Of a DNA stretch of 64,000 nucleotides, positions 1 to 10,533 are shown piece after piece; the first letter of the stretch is position 1; each line of letters begins with the position of its first letter. Source of the DNA: an uncultured Alphaproteobacteria bacterium (GTDB lineage: Bacteria; Pseudomonadota; Alphaproteobacteria; Rhizobiales; Rhizobiaceae). A program made the translations under genes and the position numbers. The stretch is from contig CAVSAU010000014.1 of assembly GCA_963726065.1 (NCBI GenBank), positions 2,517 to 66,516 on the forward strand. The letters run 5' to 3'. The notes beneath the pieces are model-generated. The model had not been told where the DNA came from. It did no database searches and worked only from the letters and a program-made list of their open reading frames with translations.

Positions 1-493
1 CTGTGCCTATCAGCCACGGTTCGTTTGTACCGTGTATCCGAAAAAGCGTATCGTGGTTGCCGCGATAGAGATAGAGGGCGCGGGCTCCAAGCGGATTGTT
101 CGGGCCGCCGGGAACCCCATTAGCGTACTGCAATAGACGCGGCTTACGGCTCATCATGCTGGTAGTGGGCGTCCAGGATGGCCATTCCGCCTTGCGTCCG
201 ACGGTCGCCCTGCCCTTGAGCGTGAGGCCCTGCTCGCCAACGGCAACGCCGAAGCGTGTCGCCCAGCCCTCCTGCTCGACGGCGTAGAGAAATCGTTCCG
301 AAGTATTCACGACAATTGTGCCCGGACTCTCGCTTCCGTCATACCGTACCATCTGCTGCCTGAAGCGGGGATCGAGCTGCGTCCGCTCCGGGATCACAAT
401 TGATCTCGTGCCCCGTGCCTGCGTGCATCCAGAAAGCACAAGCGCCAAACCACCCAGCACCATCCCGCGGCGCGAAACACTATTGTTGCTCAT
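1..493 (-). CDS. L,D-transpeptidase (ErfK/YbiS/YkuD family) lipoprotein, 3' end runs off the window
   Basis: Manual translation, not in the ORF track: MSNNSVSRRGMVLGGLALVLSGC (twin-Arg-like motif plus lipobox) ...PGTIVVNTSERFLY...GRKAEWPSWTP...GGPNNPLGARALYL...FRIHGTNEPW. Confidence 0.9.
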   Translation of the reverse strand, partial: MSNNSVSRRGMVLGGLALVLSGCTQARGTRSIVIPERTQLDPRFRQQMVRYDGSESPGTIVVNTSERFLYAVEQEGWATRFGVAVGEQGLTLKGRATVGRKAEWPSWTPTTSMMSRKPRLLQYANGVPGGPNNPLGARALYLYRGNHDTLFRIHGTNEPWLIGT

Positions 494-819
494 TTTCGTC
501 CATCGGAAGCATTCGATTGATGAAGCGTTTACCCTACTTCTGCGCGAAGAGCCAACTCCAACAAGGTCGCACCAAATCGCACGATCTGCACGTTGCCCGG
601 AGCCTACAACGGTGGCAAAAGCGCTTGGTGACTGGTCCGGGCGGCCCAGTCGGCATTGCTTTTGATCCTGGTGTCGATGGCCGAAACGCCGCTACCGGTT
701 TCGGAGTCCTTCTCCAACTGCAGTTGAGCGGCTTTTACGTTCGGGAGAAATTTTCAAGAACCCGACTGAGCGAACGGAACTGGGCCTTGAACACGGTATG
801 CTCCCAGCCGCGATACTTG

Positions 820-1077
820 TCAGCGAAGCCGGCCATGAAGCCAGTCGGCGATCTCGCCTTCGAGTTGCTGGATGAGAAGGGCATACTCCTCTACCTCGGG
901 GCGCGGTTCTTTGGCCGACTGGAACCAGGCTTGACTCGAACATGCAGCAAAGTAGTCCTCACAAAGTTCGCGAAACAGCTGGTCATGAAGAACGAGCCGG
1001 CGAATGAGCGCTCCGTACTCGGGAAAGCGTTCTATCACTTTATCCATATAAAGACGTGTAGCCACAGGGCTTAACAT
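820..1077 (-). CDS. small conserved alphaproteobacterial hypothetical protein
   Basis: ERFPEYGALIRRLVLHDQLFRELCEDY motif; start uncertain (1077 or 1047). Confidence 0.55.
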   Translation of the reverse strand: MLSPVATRLYMDKVIERFPEYGALIRRLVLHDQLFRELCEDYFAACSSQAWFQSAKEPRPEVEEYALLIQQLEGEIADWLHGRLR

Positions 1078-1216
1078 TCGGCGTTGTCGAGATTGAGAAT
1101 AAGCCAAGATAGCGCATGTTGTGACAGAGACGATGTTATTTACGGTTTGCGGCAATGCATACTTGCTTGATAAAACGTAGGAATGGTGGGGGGCCATTTG
1201 ACCAGGGGGGCGTCGA

Positions 1217-2010
1217 GTGGCAGAGCACCTGGTGGATGGTTCAGCCGAAATGATGCGAGAGGCGTTGCGACGCGTTCTAGCCTCATCGCATTTCGCGCGA
1301 TACAGAGCGGATTCGCAACTTCCTGAACTACATCATTGAAGAGACATTGGAGGGCCGCGCGGAGCGTATAAAGGCCTACACCATCGCGACATCGGTGTTC
1401 GGGCGGGACAAGAATTTCGACCCCCAGGTCGATTCGATTGTGAGGATAGAGGCGGCCGCCTGCGACGCACGCTCGAACGTTATTATTTGACCGGCGGACG
1501 CGATGACGAGATCCAGATTCGCATCCCCGTAGGATCCTATGTGCCGGTCATCATCGGCCGCGAAGCCAGTGGGGTCGAGCCGGCGCCTGCCAACGCTGAC
1601 GCTTCGCAAGCGCGCTTCCACAGAGGTCCAGCCATACTGGTGGAGCCGTTCGAACAGGAAGAGGCCAGCGCCACTCATCCGCACTTCGCCGCCGGCCTGA
1701 CGCAGTCGCTTGTGGTACGGCTCACGCGCTTCACCGGCCTGCGGGTTTATTTTACCAGTTCGCAACCTGAGACGGCTTCAGGCGATCAGCGAGCGACAGC
1801 AGCAGTGCCAGATAATGTGCTGCGCGGTGTCGTGTCGCTCTCTACGGACCACCTGAGTGTCGACATCGTGCTCCGAAAGCACGGTCGGGGCGCACGGTAT
1901 GGGCCGACAGTTTCGATTCCGCGTTGATCGACTGATGCATGTCGCCAGAAAGTGTCTGCGGTTTCGGGAGAAACGACATGCACCGCTGTAGATCACATAG
2001 CGGAGGAGTT
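1217..2010 (+). pseudogene. frameshifted/truncated wHTH-like N-terminal plus TolB-like regulator (cyclase-associated TPR protein family)
   Basis: Pieces across frames: REALRRVLASSHF / FLNYIIEETLEGRAERIKAYTIATSVFGRDKNFDPQVDSIVRIEA / RLRRTLERYYLTGG...IRIPVGSYVP...PAILVEPF...FAAGLTQSLVVRLTRF; no TPR part follows. Confidence 0.7.
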
Positions 2011-2090
2011 GCCGTGCAAGTCCAACGTGGCCTTTGCCGACAATTGGAGTGGAAGGTTTAGAGCCAAAAAAAAGATGTCAGGGGTAGCCA

Positions 2091-2779
2091 ATGAGTGCAG
2101 GGCATCTGGCTTCATCAAGGGGTATTCTCGAACCTATCGACCGCATTTCCGAATTGCTTTTCGGATTGATCATGGCGCTTACCTTTACTGGCTCTTTGAG
2201 CGTTGCTGGGCGAGCCGACCAGAGGTGCGCACAATGCTGGTCGGCGCTATCGGCTGCAATTTGGCCTGGGCGCTCATCGATGCAATCATGTATCTTATGG
2301 GTTGTCTTGCAGAGCGAGCAGCAGACAGGCAGACCATGTCCCAAGTTCTTCGGGCTGCTACACCAGAGGAAGCAAGGGCCGCAATTGCTTCCAGGCTGCC
2401 CCCGCTGGTGGCGTCGGCATTGACCGCTGCCGATCTCGACAAGCTGCTTTCCACGCTGTCTCGATCTAGCGGTAGCAGCACCCCAGCAAAACTCGAGAAG
2501 GAAGACTGGCTCGGCGCGGCGGCAGTATCTGTGCTGGTGTTCGGCTCGACGATCCCGATTGTTGTTCCATTCCTGCTGATTGAGGACGTCCAGACCGCAC
2601 TCCGCGTCTCGAACTCGATCGCCGTTTTGATGATGATGATCGCCGGTTATGCGTTCGGACATCTGGTGGGGTACCGACCATGGTTGACCGCCGGTTCCAT
2701 GGTCTTGCTCGGTTGTTTTCTGGTTGCGCTGACCATCGCGCTTGGGGGGGTGAAACAGCAAAAGCTTTCGCGGCGGTGA
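2091..2779 (+). CDS. VIT1/CCC1-like membrane protein, one frameshift near 2220
   Basis: LEPIDRISELLFGLIMALTFTG (ORF 2091) joins VRTMLVGAIGCNLAWALIDAIMY...ALTIALGG (ORF 1952). Confidence 0.7.
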
Positions 2780-3180
2780 CTTGCAACCCGCCGCACTGGA
2801 TAGCCGCCTACAGCCGGTGCCGCCAACGCCTCTGCGCGCTTCTTGGCCTCGGACTCGTCTTCCGGCCACGCGCTGCCGTTCCGTAAATAACTGTAAGTAA
2901 CCTGATGCGACTTGGATGTTTGCGTGCGAAGGCCACAAGATCAGACTGTGGCGCTCTTGCCCATCAAAGCCCCACCGCTCTGGCAAGAGTAAGAACGCAG
3001 GGAGACCTAGACGAGACTTGCGCGGGAAGGGGTTCTGGTAACCAGTCGTCGGGCTGACAATTGCCTTCGCCTTCGCGTTTGTCATGCGCGCAATATTCCC
3101 GCTGTTCGGTACCAAGACGGCAGCCTAGAATGGTGGCGCCTAATGTGTCAGGTCGGTGAGGCGAACGAGGAGTTGTCGGT

Positions 3181-4566
3181 ATGCAAAATGTTCTGTTCAA
3201 CATAAGCCGAGCCGCCGCAGCTCTCGCCCTCCTTATGTTGTCAGGTCTTCCGGTACATGCGCAGACACCCACTCCCCGGCCGGCGCCCGACAGCGGATCG
3301 GCCGCGGTCGAGAGTGAGGAACCCGCGCCACTGACGGTCGACGAACTGAAGATCCTGGCCGCGCCGATCGCGCTCTATCCTGACGATCTTGTCGCGCTCA
3401 CCATCGCGGCCTCGCTCTATCCGCTGCAAATCGTGCAGGCGGCGCGTTTCCTTGAGGAGAAGGAAAAGTCGCCCGACCTCGAGCCAAGCGACAAATGGGA
3501 CGGCAGCGTGATTTCGCTGCTCAACTATCCGAAGATCGTAAAGACGATGAACGACGATCTCGAATGGACCGAGCAGTTGGGGGACGCGGCGGCCAACCAG
3601 CAGAAGGATCTGCTGGTTGCCATCCAGCAATTGCGCGACGAAGCGGTCGCCAAGGATTATCTGAAGACGACTGAACAGGTGCAGGTCGTCAACGAAGGCG
3701 ATAACGTCGTGATTAAGTCTGCCGATCCGCAGACCGTCTATATCCCGACCTATCCTCCCGAAATGCTCTATGAGCCTGACTACGTCGTAGCGGGCAACCC
3801 GATCGTCTACGATCCATACCCATCCTATTATTATCCGACCGCGCCTTACTGGGCCGCGCTCGCTACCGGTGCGATCTGGGCTGCCGCGGTCGACTGGGAC
3901 GACTGGGGAACCTGGGGTGGCGATCTCGATCTCGACGTCGACATCGGCGACAACATCGATATCGACTTCGACAAGATCGACATCGACAAGATCGACGTCG
4001 ACAGGCTGAAGGGCCTCGACCTCAAGAACATCGACCGCTCCAAGCTCAATCTCAAGAACGCGAACATCGATCGTGAGAAGCTGAAGCAGAACCTGAAGAG
4101 CAAGGACTTCAACAACATTGCCAGCAAGGCCAAGGAGCGCCGGGAGACGGGCAAGGGAAGGCAGGCACGCGCGCACGATCTGAAGGGCAAGGACGTGCGC
4201 AAGAACGTCGCCGAAGGATTGAAGGATCGGCCTCAGGCCAAACTGCCGAAGCCGGGAACAGTGCGACCAGATGCAAAACGTGTGTCGGACCAGCAAAGGA
4301 AGGCGAAGTCGGCCATAAACACCTCCGCAGCCAAAAAGGTGGCGCAGAAGAAGACAACTCGACAAAAGCCCGCGGCGCGGGTGGACAACCGGCCGCGCAA
4401 GCCCTCGGCGATGGGAAATCCGGGGCAAGGCAGGGTCGCTACCAACCATTCCAACCGCGGCGCCTACAGCCGAGGCGGCGGACAACGCCATGCGAGCCGG
4501 GGTGGTGGCGGACGCCAGATGAACCGGGGTGGAGGCGGACGCGGTGGAGGCGGAAGGCGTCGGTAA
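3181..4566 (+). CDS. DUF3300 domain exported protein
   Basis: Signal peptide; LAAPIALYPDDLVA...AASLYPLQIVQA, WDGSV, VYIPTY motifs; basic/RGG-rich tail. Confidence 0.88.
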   Translation: MQNVLFNISRAAAALALLMLSGLPVHAQTPTPRPAPDSGSAAVESEEPAPLTVDELKILAAPIALYPDDLVALTIAASLYPLQIVQAARFLEEKEKSPDLEPSDKWDGSVISLLNYPKIVKTMNDDLEWTEQLGDAAANQQKDLLVAIQQLRDEAVAKDYLKTTEQVQVVNEGDNVVIKSADPQTVYIPTYPPEMLYEPDYVVAGNPIVYDPYPSYYYPTAPYWAALATGAIWAAAVDWDDWGTWGGDLDLDVDIGDNIDIDFDKIDIDKIDVDRLKGLDLKNIDRSKLNLKNANIDREKLKQNLKSKDFNNIASKAKERRETGKGRQARAHDLKGKDVRKNVAEGLKDRPQAKLPKPGTVRPDAKRVSDQQRKAKSAINTSAAKKVAQKKTTRQKPAARVDNRPRKPSAMGNPGQGRVATNHSNRGAYSRGGGQRHASRGGGGRQMNRGGGGRGGGGRRR

Positions 4567-4614
4567 CGTGTCGAGCCATTGCCGCTTGCTGTTGCACCTT
4601 ACAGGAACACGACC

Positions 4615-5565
4615 ATGAACCGGTACCTCATCACTGCAACTCTCGCCCTCTCGCTCAGTGTTCTCACGCTTTCGGCAGGCAGCAGCCAGGAAGCAGAACC
4701 GAACACGGTGAAGGATTTCGAGTCCTTCATCGGCGAGGTACCCCCGTCCTTCGCCACGCTCGACGATCTCGTCGAGGCGTTCCGCAATGGGCTCGCGGCG
4801 AATGACAAGGAGGCGGTCGCATTGCTCCTGGGGCTTGAGCCTACCGAGGTGGCCAAGTCCAAGGAGATCGACGAAAGCTTCGGTGAGATCAAGCAGGCTG
4901 CGGCAGAGTCGATTGGAGTCAAGGAGACTGATCCCGACCTCAAGACACTCGTTCTCGGCAACAAGGTGTGGCCGTTTCCGTTCCCGGTTGTGCAGACAGA
5001 GGGCAAATGGGCGTTCGATACTATCGCCGGGCTGGAAGAAGTCATCAACCGCAGGATCGGCGAGAACGAACTGACCACCGTCGCCAATATGCGCGCCTAT
5101 GTCGATGCCCAGGAGGATTACAAGGAAACCGACTGGGACGAGGACGGCGTTAGCGAATACGCGCAGAAGCTGATCAGCACGCCCGAAACCTATGACGGCC
5201 TATACTGGGAACCCGGCGACGGTGTGCCGGAAAGTCCTTTTGGTTCGCTGATCAGCCAGGCCGAGTTGGCGACCGCCGCCGAGGATGGGTACTTCGGCTA
5301 CCGCTACCGCATATTGAACGGCCAGGGGGCAAATGTCGCAGGCGGCCAGTACGACTATGTCGTCAACGGCAACATGATTGGCGGCTTTGCGCTCCTCGCC
5401 GCGCCAGCCGAATACGACCGCACAGGCATCATGACCTTCGTGGTGAACCAGTACGGAACCGTCTACGAAAAGGACCTGGGATCTGATACGGCGACGCTTG
5501 TCGAAAAGATCACGAGGTTTGATCCCGATGATGGCTGGGCCGTCGTCAACGATCCGGGGGAATGA
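4615..5565 (+). CDS. DUF2950 domain exported protein
   Basis: WPFPFP, RRIGENEL, DGLYW, GYRYRIL, GIMTFVVNQYGTVYEKDLG motifs; follows the DUF3300 gene. Confidence 0.88.
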   Translation: MNRYLITATLALSLSVLTLSAGSSQEAEPNTVKDFESFIGEVPPSFATLDDLVEAFRNGLAANDKEAVALLLGLEPTEVAKSKEIDESFGEIKQAAAESIGVKETDPDLKTLVLGNKVWPFPFPVVQTEGKWAFDTIAGLEEVINRRIGENELTTVANMRAYVDAQEDYKETDWDEDGVSEYAQKLISTPETYDGLYWEPGDGVPESPFGSLISQAELATAAEDGYFGYRYRILNGQGANVAGGQYDYVVNGNMIGGFALLAAPAEYDRTGIMTFVVNQYGTVYEKDLGSDTATLVEKITRFDPDDGWAVVNDPGE

Positions 5566-5644
5566 GCAGGTCCATGCACGTCCCGGATGCGCCACTTCGG
5601 CCTAGACGATTGTTGCGTACCCCGCATTCAGAGGGAGCCTCCCC

Positions 5645-6478
5645 ATGAAAACTACAGCGCTGCTTCCCGTCATCACCTATCCCGAAACCAGTCCTGACGC
5701 GGCTATTCCCAGGATCCTCGCCATGGCGGCAGCCCTTGGCGCGAAGCTGCATGCCTTGGCTATCAACGTAGAGGTCCGATCCATCTCGAATGCGCTGTCG
5801 CGGAAGCTGGTCGACGTTTCCAAAATGACCCGGGAAGCCGAAGCCCAGTGCCGCGATCGTGGTGAAGCGTTTCTGGCAAAGGTTGTGGAGGGAGCGAAAC
5901 AGGCAGGTGTAGACATTACCACCGGCGCGGTAGCCTCGAACGCTACCTTGCTCAATGACACCGCTGCAATTGAAGCGCGCTATCATGATTTCGTGCTTTG
6001 CGCTTGGGCCAACAATCCTACCGCCAGATTGGCGGCTGAAGCCATCACGTTCGGGTCGGGAAGGCCAACAATCCTGTTGCCGGAGGCCGACCCGCTGAGG
6101 GAGCTGAGGAATGTTGCCATTGCCTGGGACGGCAGTCGCGTTGCGGCGCGCGCAGTGGCGGATGCACATGAAGTGTTGCGCGGAGCATCCAGGATTACCG
6201 TGTTTACTGTTATGGACGAGAAGCCCCTTCCAGAGGCGAATACCGCAGAACGCCTGGCTCGAGGGCTCAACGCACGCGGGCTCTCGGCCGAGGCAATGCT
6301 ACTCAGTCCCGGGGATGGCCCCATCGAGGTGTTACTTCAGGAACGCGCGCTCGAAATCGGCGCCGACCTCATGGTCATGGGCGCGTTCGGTCACACCAGG
6401 CTAAGGGATTTGGTTCTCGGTGGGGCCACGAAGGGCATCCTCCGGGACGTCCGTCTACCGATCCTGCTTTCGCATTGA
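5645..6478 (+). CDS. universal stress protein (tandem USP)
   Basis: IAWDGSRVAARA and DLMVMGAFGHTRLRDLVLGGATKGIL...LPILLSH motifs. Confidence 0.92.
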   Translation: MKTTALLPVITYPETSPDAAIPRILAMAAALGAKLHALAINVEVRSISNALSRKLVDVSKMTREAEAQCRDRGEAFLAKVVEGAKQAGVDITTGAVASNATLLNDTAAIEARYHDFVLCAWANNPTARLAAEAITFGSGRPTILLPEADPLRELRNVAIAWDGSRVAARAVADAHEVLRGASRITVFTVMDEKPLPEANTAERLARGLNARGLSAEAMLLSPGDGPIEVLLQERALEIGADLMVMGAFGHTRLRDLVLGGATKGILRDVRLPILLSH

Positions 6479-7153
6479 TTGACACGATGAGGCTGGCGAA
6501 ACGTCCTCTGGCAGGAGGCGTGCGAGGATCTCAAGCAGGCCGGCGCCTTAGCGGTGCGGTTTAGTTGATGAAATGAGTGCTCGGATTGAAAAGATGCGGC
6601 TGTCGATCCAGTCGCAGCGAGAGATCAAGCGGTGGTAATCATGGAACATATTTTGCAGTGTGACAGTCTTCTTCTGAAGACCACCCGACTATTCAGAAGA
6701 ATACTTCTTGTTGCTATTGCACAATCTTCGCTTGCCAAGATGTACGCTCCCGAAGCAAGTGCCCAAGAGGGGTCCTTCGAGTTCCCGTTTTGGTTGTGAA
6801 CTAAGCGGGGTTATTCGTGTTTATATCCAGAATCGGCCCAGACGGGGCAGCGGTTTATATGTCGCCCGATAACCAGGCCGGCACGATCACCATAACAGGT
6901 AAGGCCACGCCAGTAGGCGGTGAATGGTCGGGAAGTGGCTCCAGAAAAACGCTCGAGCAACTAAGATCGGCAGGCCAGGCATACGACATTCAGCATTAAT
7001 TCCTGCCCTATTGCTCCACATTGTCGGTGTGGCGATGGCGACCCAGACTGGCGTCGGCACGCCGGTTTTCCTGCGCCCGGCTCAAATCAAACGACATGCT
7101 GAGGCGCTGGTCGCATCAGCCCAGCATTTGCTTTTTGGCTCGTAAAGCTCGCA

Positions 7154-8260
7154 TCACGAAATGTCAGAGACCGCCTGTCCGTCCGCTCCGTCGTCCATCC
7201 ACGCATTGAGCAGCGTGTAGGCGACCGCAAGGATGGTGGGGCCTATAAAGATGCCCAGCATGCCAAAGGCCACGAGGCCGCCGATGACACCAGCTAGAAT
7301 AAGCAACATGGGAAGATCCGCCCCCCTGCGGATCAAGACCGGGCGTACGAACTGGTCCATCGTGGCGGCGATAATCGTAAAGGCCAGCAACACCGTCGCC
7401 CACACCGAATCGCCTGACGAATACATCCAGATGACTGCCGGGGCCATGACCAGGATAGGGCCGAATTGGATCAGGCACAGTATGAAGATCAATGCCATGA
7501 GCACACCAGCATAGGGCACGCCGGCAACGGCCAACCCAACGCCAGCAACGGCGCTCTGCGCGACAGCGGTCACCACCACACCCAAGGCCACCGCGCGGAT
7601 CGCCTGGCCGGCCAGCACGACGGCAGTTTCTCCGCGAATACCACCCAGCCGGCGTCCGAACCGGATTGCGGTGGCGGCGGCGTGTTCACCACCCGAATAC
7701 ATGACGGCGGCGATTGCCGTGGTCAACAGGAAGTGGATGAATACGCCACCAAGGCTTCCCGTCGCCGATGCAAACCAGTAGGTAAGCTTTCCCACATAGG
7801 GAGTGAGCAGTTCCTGCATGCCCGCTGAGTTGAGTTTTTCCCAGACTTCAGTGGCGCGTGCTCCCACGAGTGGTACTTCGGCAAGCCAAACAGGTAGCGA
7901 AGGCAGCCGCAGCGAGAGGATCGACTGAACGAGCTCGCTAACCTGGTCTATATTTGTGATGACCGTGCTGAGTGCTAACCAAATGGGCACGATTACAAGT
8001 AACAATAGCGTCGCCGTCATGATCAGGACCGCAACGCCGCGGCGATTTCCGGTACTGCGTTGCAACCAAAGCATAAGCGGCCAGGTGGCGATTACCAATG
8101 TAGCAGCCCAGACGATCGCCGGCAGAAACGGTTTTATAACCCAGAGGCTGGCGATGAGTAGGCTGCCGATAAACAGCACGCCCAGTGTCACGCGCGCAAG
8201 ATCCTGAGGCGGATTGACGAGGTAACGCGAACCAACTGGGTCCATTACCAATCCCTCCAA
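7154..8260 (-). CDS. ydiK: AI-2E family transporter, YdiK-like
   Basis: DLARVTLGVLFIG...PFLPAIVWA..IATWP; RPVLIRRGADLPMLLILAGVIGGLVAFG. Confidence 0.85.
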   Translation of the reverse strand: MEGLVMDPVGSRYLVNPPQDLARVTLGVLFIGSLLIASLWVIKPFLPAIVWAATLVIATWPLMLWLQRSTGNRRGVAVLIMTATLLLLVIVPIWLALSTVITNIDQVSELVQSILSLRLPSLPVWLAEVPLVGARATEVWEKLNSAGMQELLTPYVGKLTYWFASATGSLGGVFIHFLLTTAIAAVMYSGGEHAAATAIRFGRRLGGIRGETAVVLAGQAIRAVALGVVVTAVAQSAVAGVGLAVAGVPYAGVLMALIFILCLIQFGPILVMAPAVIWMYSSGDSVWATVLLAFTIIAATMDQFVRPVLIRRGADLPMLLILAGVIGGLVAFGMLGIFIGPTILAVAYTLLNAWMDDGADGQAVSDIS

Positions 8261-8285
8261 ACAAAGCCTGACGTTCGGACAGCTT

Positions 8286-8648
8286 CTAGACTGGTGGTGG
8301 AAGCAGGTAGATCGTCATGGCAAAAATCACATAGACCATTATCAGCAGCACCCCGACGAACCATGCGGACCATCCGCCACTGGTCATCAGGGATGCAGTT
8401 ATCGTTGCGATGAGCACCATGGCGACCGCGCCGGGTCACAACAGCAGGTCCATAGGGGCCGGGACGACGACATAGCTGAGGAACACCATCATCGGCACCA
8501 CGAAGAGCGCAATCGGTGCTGCCGACCCAAGCGCAATGCCAACACTCAGGTCCAGCCGGTTCTTGCGGGCGCCGGAGAATGCCGATGCCATATCGGCCGA
8601 GCCACCAACCAATGCAACGCCGACAAAACCCACAAATGCGGGTGTCAT
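8286..8648 (-). pseudogene. C-terminal remnant of a Ca2+/H+ exchanger with an in-frame stop at 8436-8438
   Basis: AFVGFV...RLDLSVGIALGSAA...*PGAVAM...SAWFVGVLLIMVYVIFAMTIYLLPP aligns with the C-terminus of the 18717-19808 product (Trp codon changed to TGA). Confidence 0.85.
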
Positions 8649-8677
8649 GGAGCCAGAGAACGGCGTTGGAGCGGATC

Positions 8678-9019
8678 TCATTCAGCAAGTGGCTCATTTT
8701 GCCCGCCCCCATCCAGGGAATCGCGGTCTGTGGTCTTCAGCGCTTGCACGGCGACCGCAGCAACAAGCCCAGTCACCACGATACCCGCGAAGCCGATCGC
8801 TACCGCCAGCAACCGGCTAAAAAAATGTTGCGGAGCATAATCGCCGTAGCCAATCGTAAGCCCAGTTACGAAGGTGAAGTAAAGAGCTTCATCGAGCCTC
8901 CAGTTTTCGATGCGGCCGATGATCACACCGGATGCGATCATCGCGAGGAAGATCCCAGAAAAGATCGGCCATACGACGCGCAACTGCTGTAAGAGGGCAC
9001 GAAAGAACGTGCGCCTCAT
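8678..9019 (-). CDS. minimal two-TM potassium channel (Ion_trans_2)
   Basis: 113 aa from ATG 9019; ALYFTFVTGLTIGYGD pore helix and filter between two hydrophobic helices. Confidence 0.85.
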   Translation of the reverse strand: MRRTFFRALLQQLRVVWPIFSGIFLAMIASGVIIGRIENWRLDEALYFTFVTGLTIGYGDYAPQHFFSRLLAVAIGFAGIVVTGLVAAVAVQALKTTDRDSLDGGGQNEPLAE

Positions 9020-9198
9020 CCGTTGTGATGGGTGCTTAGGGGATCTATCTACAGCCACCGAACTTCCCCTTCCCGTGTTGCATTGCAGTTGGTTACGTCG
9101 ATGTCGCTTACGCAGTGCCCGGCCATGCGCGGGACACGAGATGAGAAGCAACGCCGGCGCAGAATATGAGCATGGAGCACCGGTTCGGTGTCGTGGCT

Positions 9199-10434
9199 TC
9201 AGTGGCCGCCTGAAAAGATGAGCGTTTGTACGGGAAGAAGGAGCGCCTGGAACCTCAGTATAATTGCATGCACCAGGCCGACGGTATCTATGACGTGCAG
9301 GAACACCCATTGTACTGTTCCCAAGTTCCCCTCGGCAAAGCGGTCGTGATTGTTGGTGTAAGCATTGGCGATGCAACTGCTGCCCGGCGGAACGCCGTCG
9401 AAGCCACCTTCAAAAAGTGGTTCCAGAAAAACGGTTATCGTCCCAGGCCTGACGATCTGCTGGGCATCGATAAGCTGGTCCGACGCCCGCACCTGGCCTG
9501 CTGCGATCAGATCCTGGACCTCGGTTACGACCATTGGAATGATGGCCATCGGCTTTGAAATGCATGTCGCTTCGGCGACCATGCCGACTTTCATGACCTG
9601 GGCTTCGAGCTGGCCAAAGCCTGCGATCAGCGCCTTCCTGCCGGCGTCGGTTGGGATGAGGACGCCGGCAGGCCGCATCAGGGGATTGACGATATCACCC
9701 TTGCGAAGCGTGAATTGTTCGAGCGTGCCTGCGACGCCTGCATAGACGACAGTCTTGTCCAGTTCGACCTGGGCCTGCGCCAGCGAGGCTTCCGCGCTTT
9801 TTTTCTGCGCCGGCAGAACGGAAGTAATCTGGGTCTCGACGGCCTGTTTGCTAGCCATGACAGCCGCAACGGAGGCTTTGCGCCCGTCAACCAGGTTGGC
9901 GAGTCTTTCGATTTCCCGTTCGGCAACGGTAGAAGCACTACGCCTTTGCAACTCGGACTTGGTTTCAAATTCATCGAGTGCTTGCTGATAGGCGCTCTGG
10001 GCTTCCTGGATCCGCGCATCGGCCCCGGCCAACTCGGTCTTGGCCAGTTCGAACTGAGCGTCTATCTCTGATATACGCTGGCGCGCCGTCTCCAGGGCCG
10101 CCTCCTGCTCCGAGCTGTCGAGCCTGAAGATGCGATCGCCTGCTTCGACCCGGTCTCTCAGTTCTACATAGACCTCCTCGACGCGGCCGGAACCCTCGGG
10201 GAGAATGGGGATCGTGCGATACAATGAGACCGCGCTGCTCGTCGATGGATGGTAGTAAAGAATAAGTGTCAGTAGAACTATAGTCAGACCAATACATGCT
10301 GTAATTCCGTATCGTAGCTCGTACCACACGGAAAAGAGGGTGATCTCATGACCAATCCTCTTTCCCTGCACGAACCTCCGGATCAGAAAATCCGGAAGAA
10401 CGGTCAACACCGAGCAAAGTAGAACCTCAATCAT
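9199..10434 (-). CDS. HlyD-family membrane fusion protein (YibH/YiaV-like)
   Basis: N-terminal TMs; GRVEEVYV...V.AGD.IFRLD lipoyl-like motif; coiled coil. Confidence 0.85.
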   Translation of the reverse strand: MIEVLLCSVLTVLPDFLIRRFVQGKRIGHEITLFSVWYELRYGITACIGLTIVLLTLILYYHPSTSSAVSLYRTIPILPEGSGRVEEVYVELRDRVEAGDRIFRLDSSEQEAALETARQRISEIDAQFELAKTELAGADARIQEAQSAYQQALDEFETKSELQRRSASTVAEREIERLANLVDGRKASVAAVMASKQAVETQITSVLPAQKKSAEASLAQAQVELDKTVVYAGVAGTLEQFTLRKGDIVNPLMRPAGVLIPTDAGRKALIAGFGQLEAQVMKVGMVAEATCISKPMAIIPMVVTEVQDLIAAGQVRASDQLIDAQQIVRPGTITVFLEPLFEGGFDGVPPGSSCIANAYTNNHDRFAEGNLGTVQWVFLHVIDTVGLVHAIILRFQALLLPVQTLIFSGGH

Positions 10435-10533
10435 TGCTTGCGCACTCCCGCCGCGGCGACCTGAAATTGATCGTCGGAGGCTGCAGCTACGCGAGTTGAC
10501 GGCATTTCGTCGCGAAGGTCACTGCCGTTTATT

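Noticed and set aside
2078-3115. 345-aa - strand ORF
   Set aside because: Antisense to the VIT1-like gene; composition is not protein-like.
3900-4070. DNA-level GACATC-like tandem repeats
   Set aside because: Explained by the Asp-Ile coding tract of DUF3300; not an independent repeat array.
3241-4491. 416-aa antisense ORF
   Set aside because: Shadow of the DUF3300 gene caused by high-GC codon bias; no motifs.
6669-6701. 10-bp inverted repeat TTCTTCTGAA-N13-TTCAGAAGAA
   Set aside because: Lies between convergent genes with no clear target, and no second copy was noticed.
8436-8438. TGA readthrough or selenocysteine in the cax remnant
   Set aside because: It aligns to a Trp codon of the intact paralog and the gene is 5'-truncated, so it is a simple nonsense mutation.
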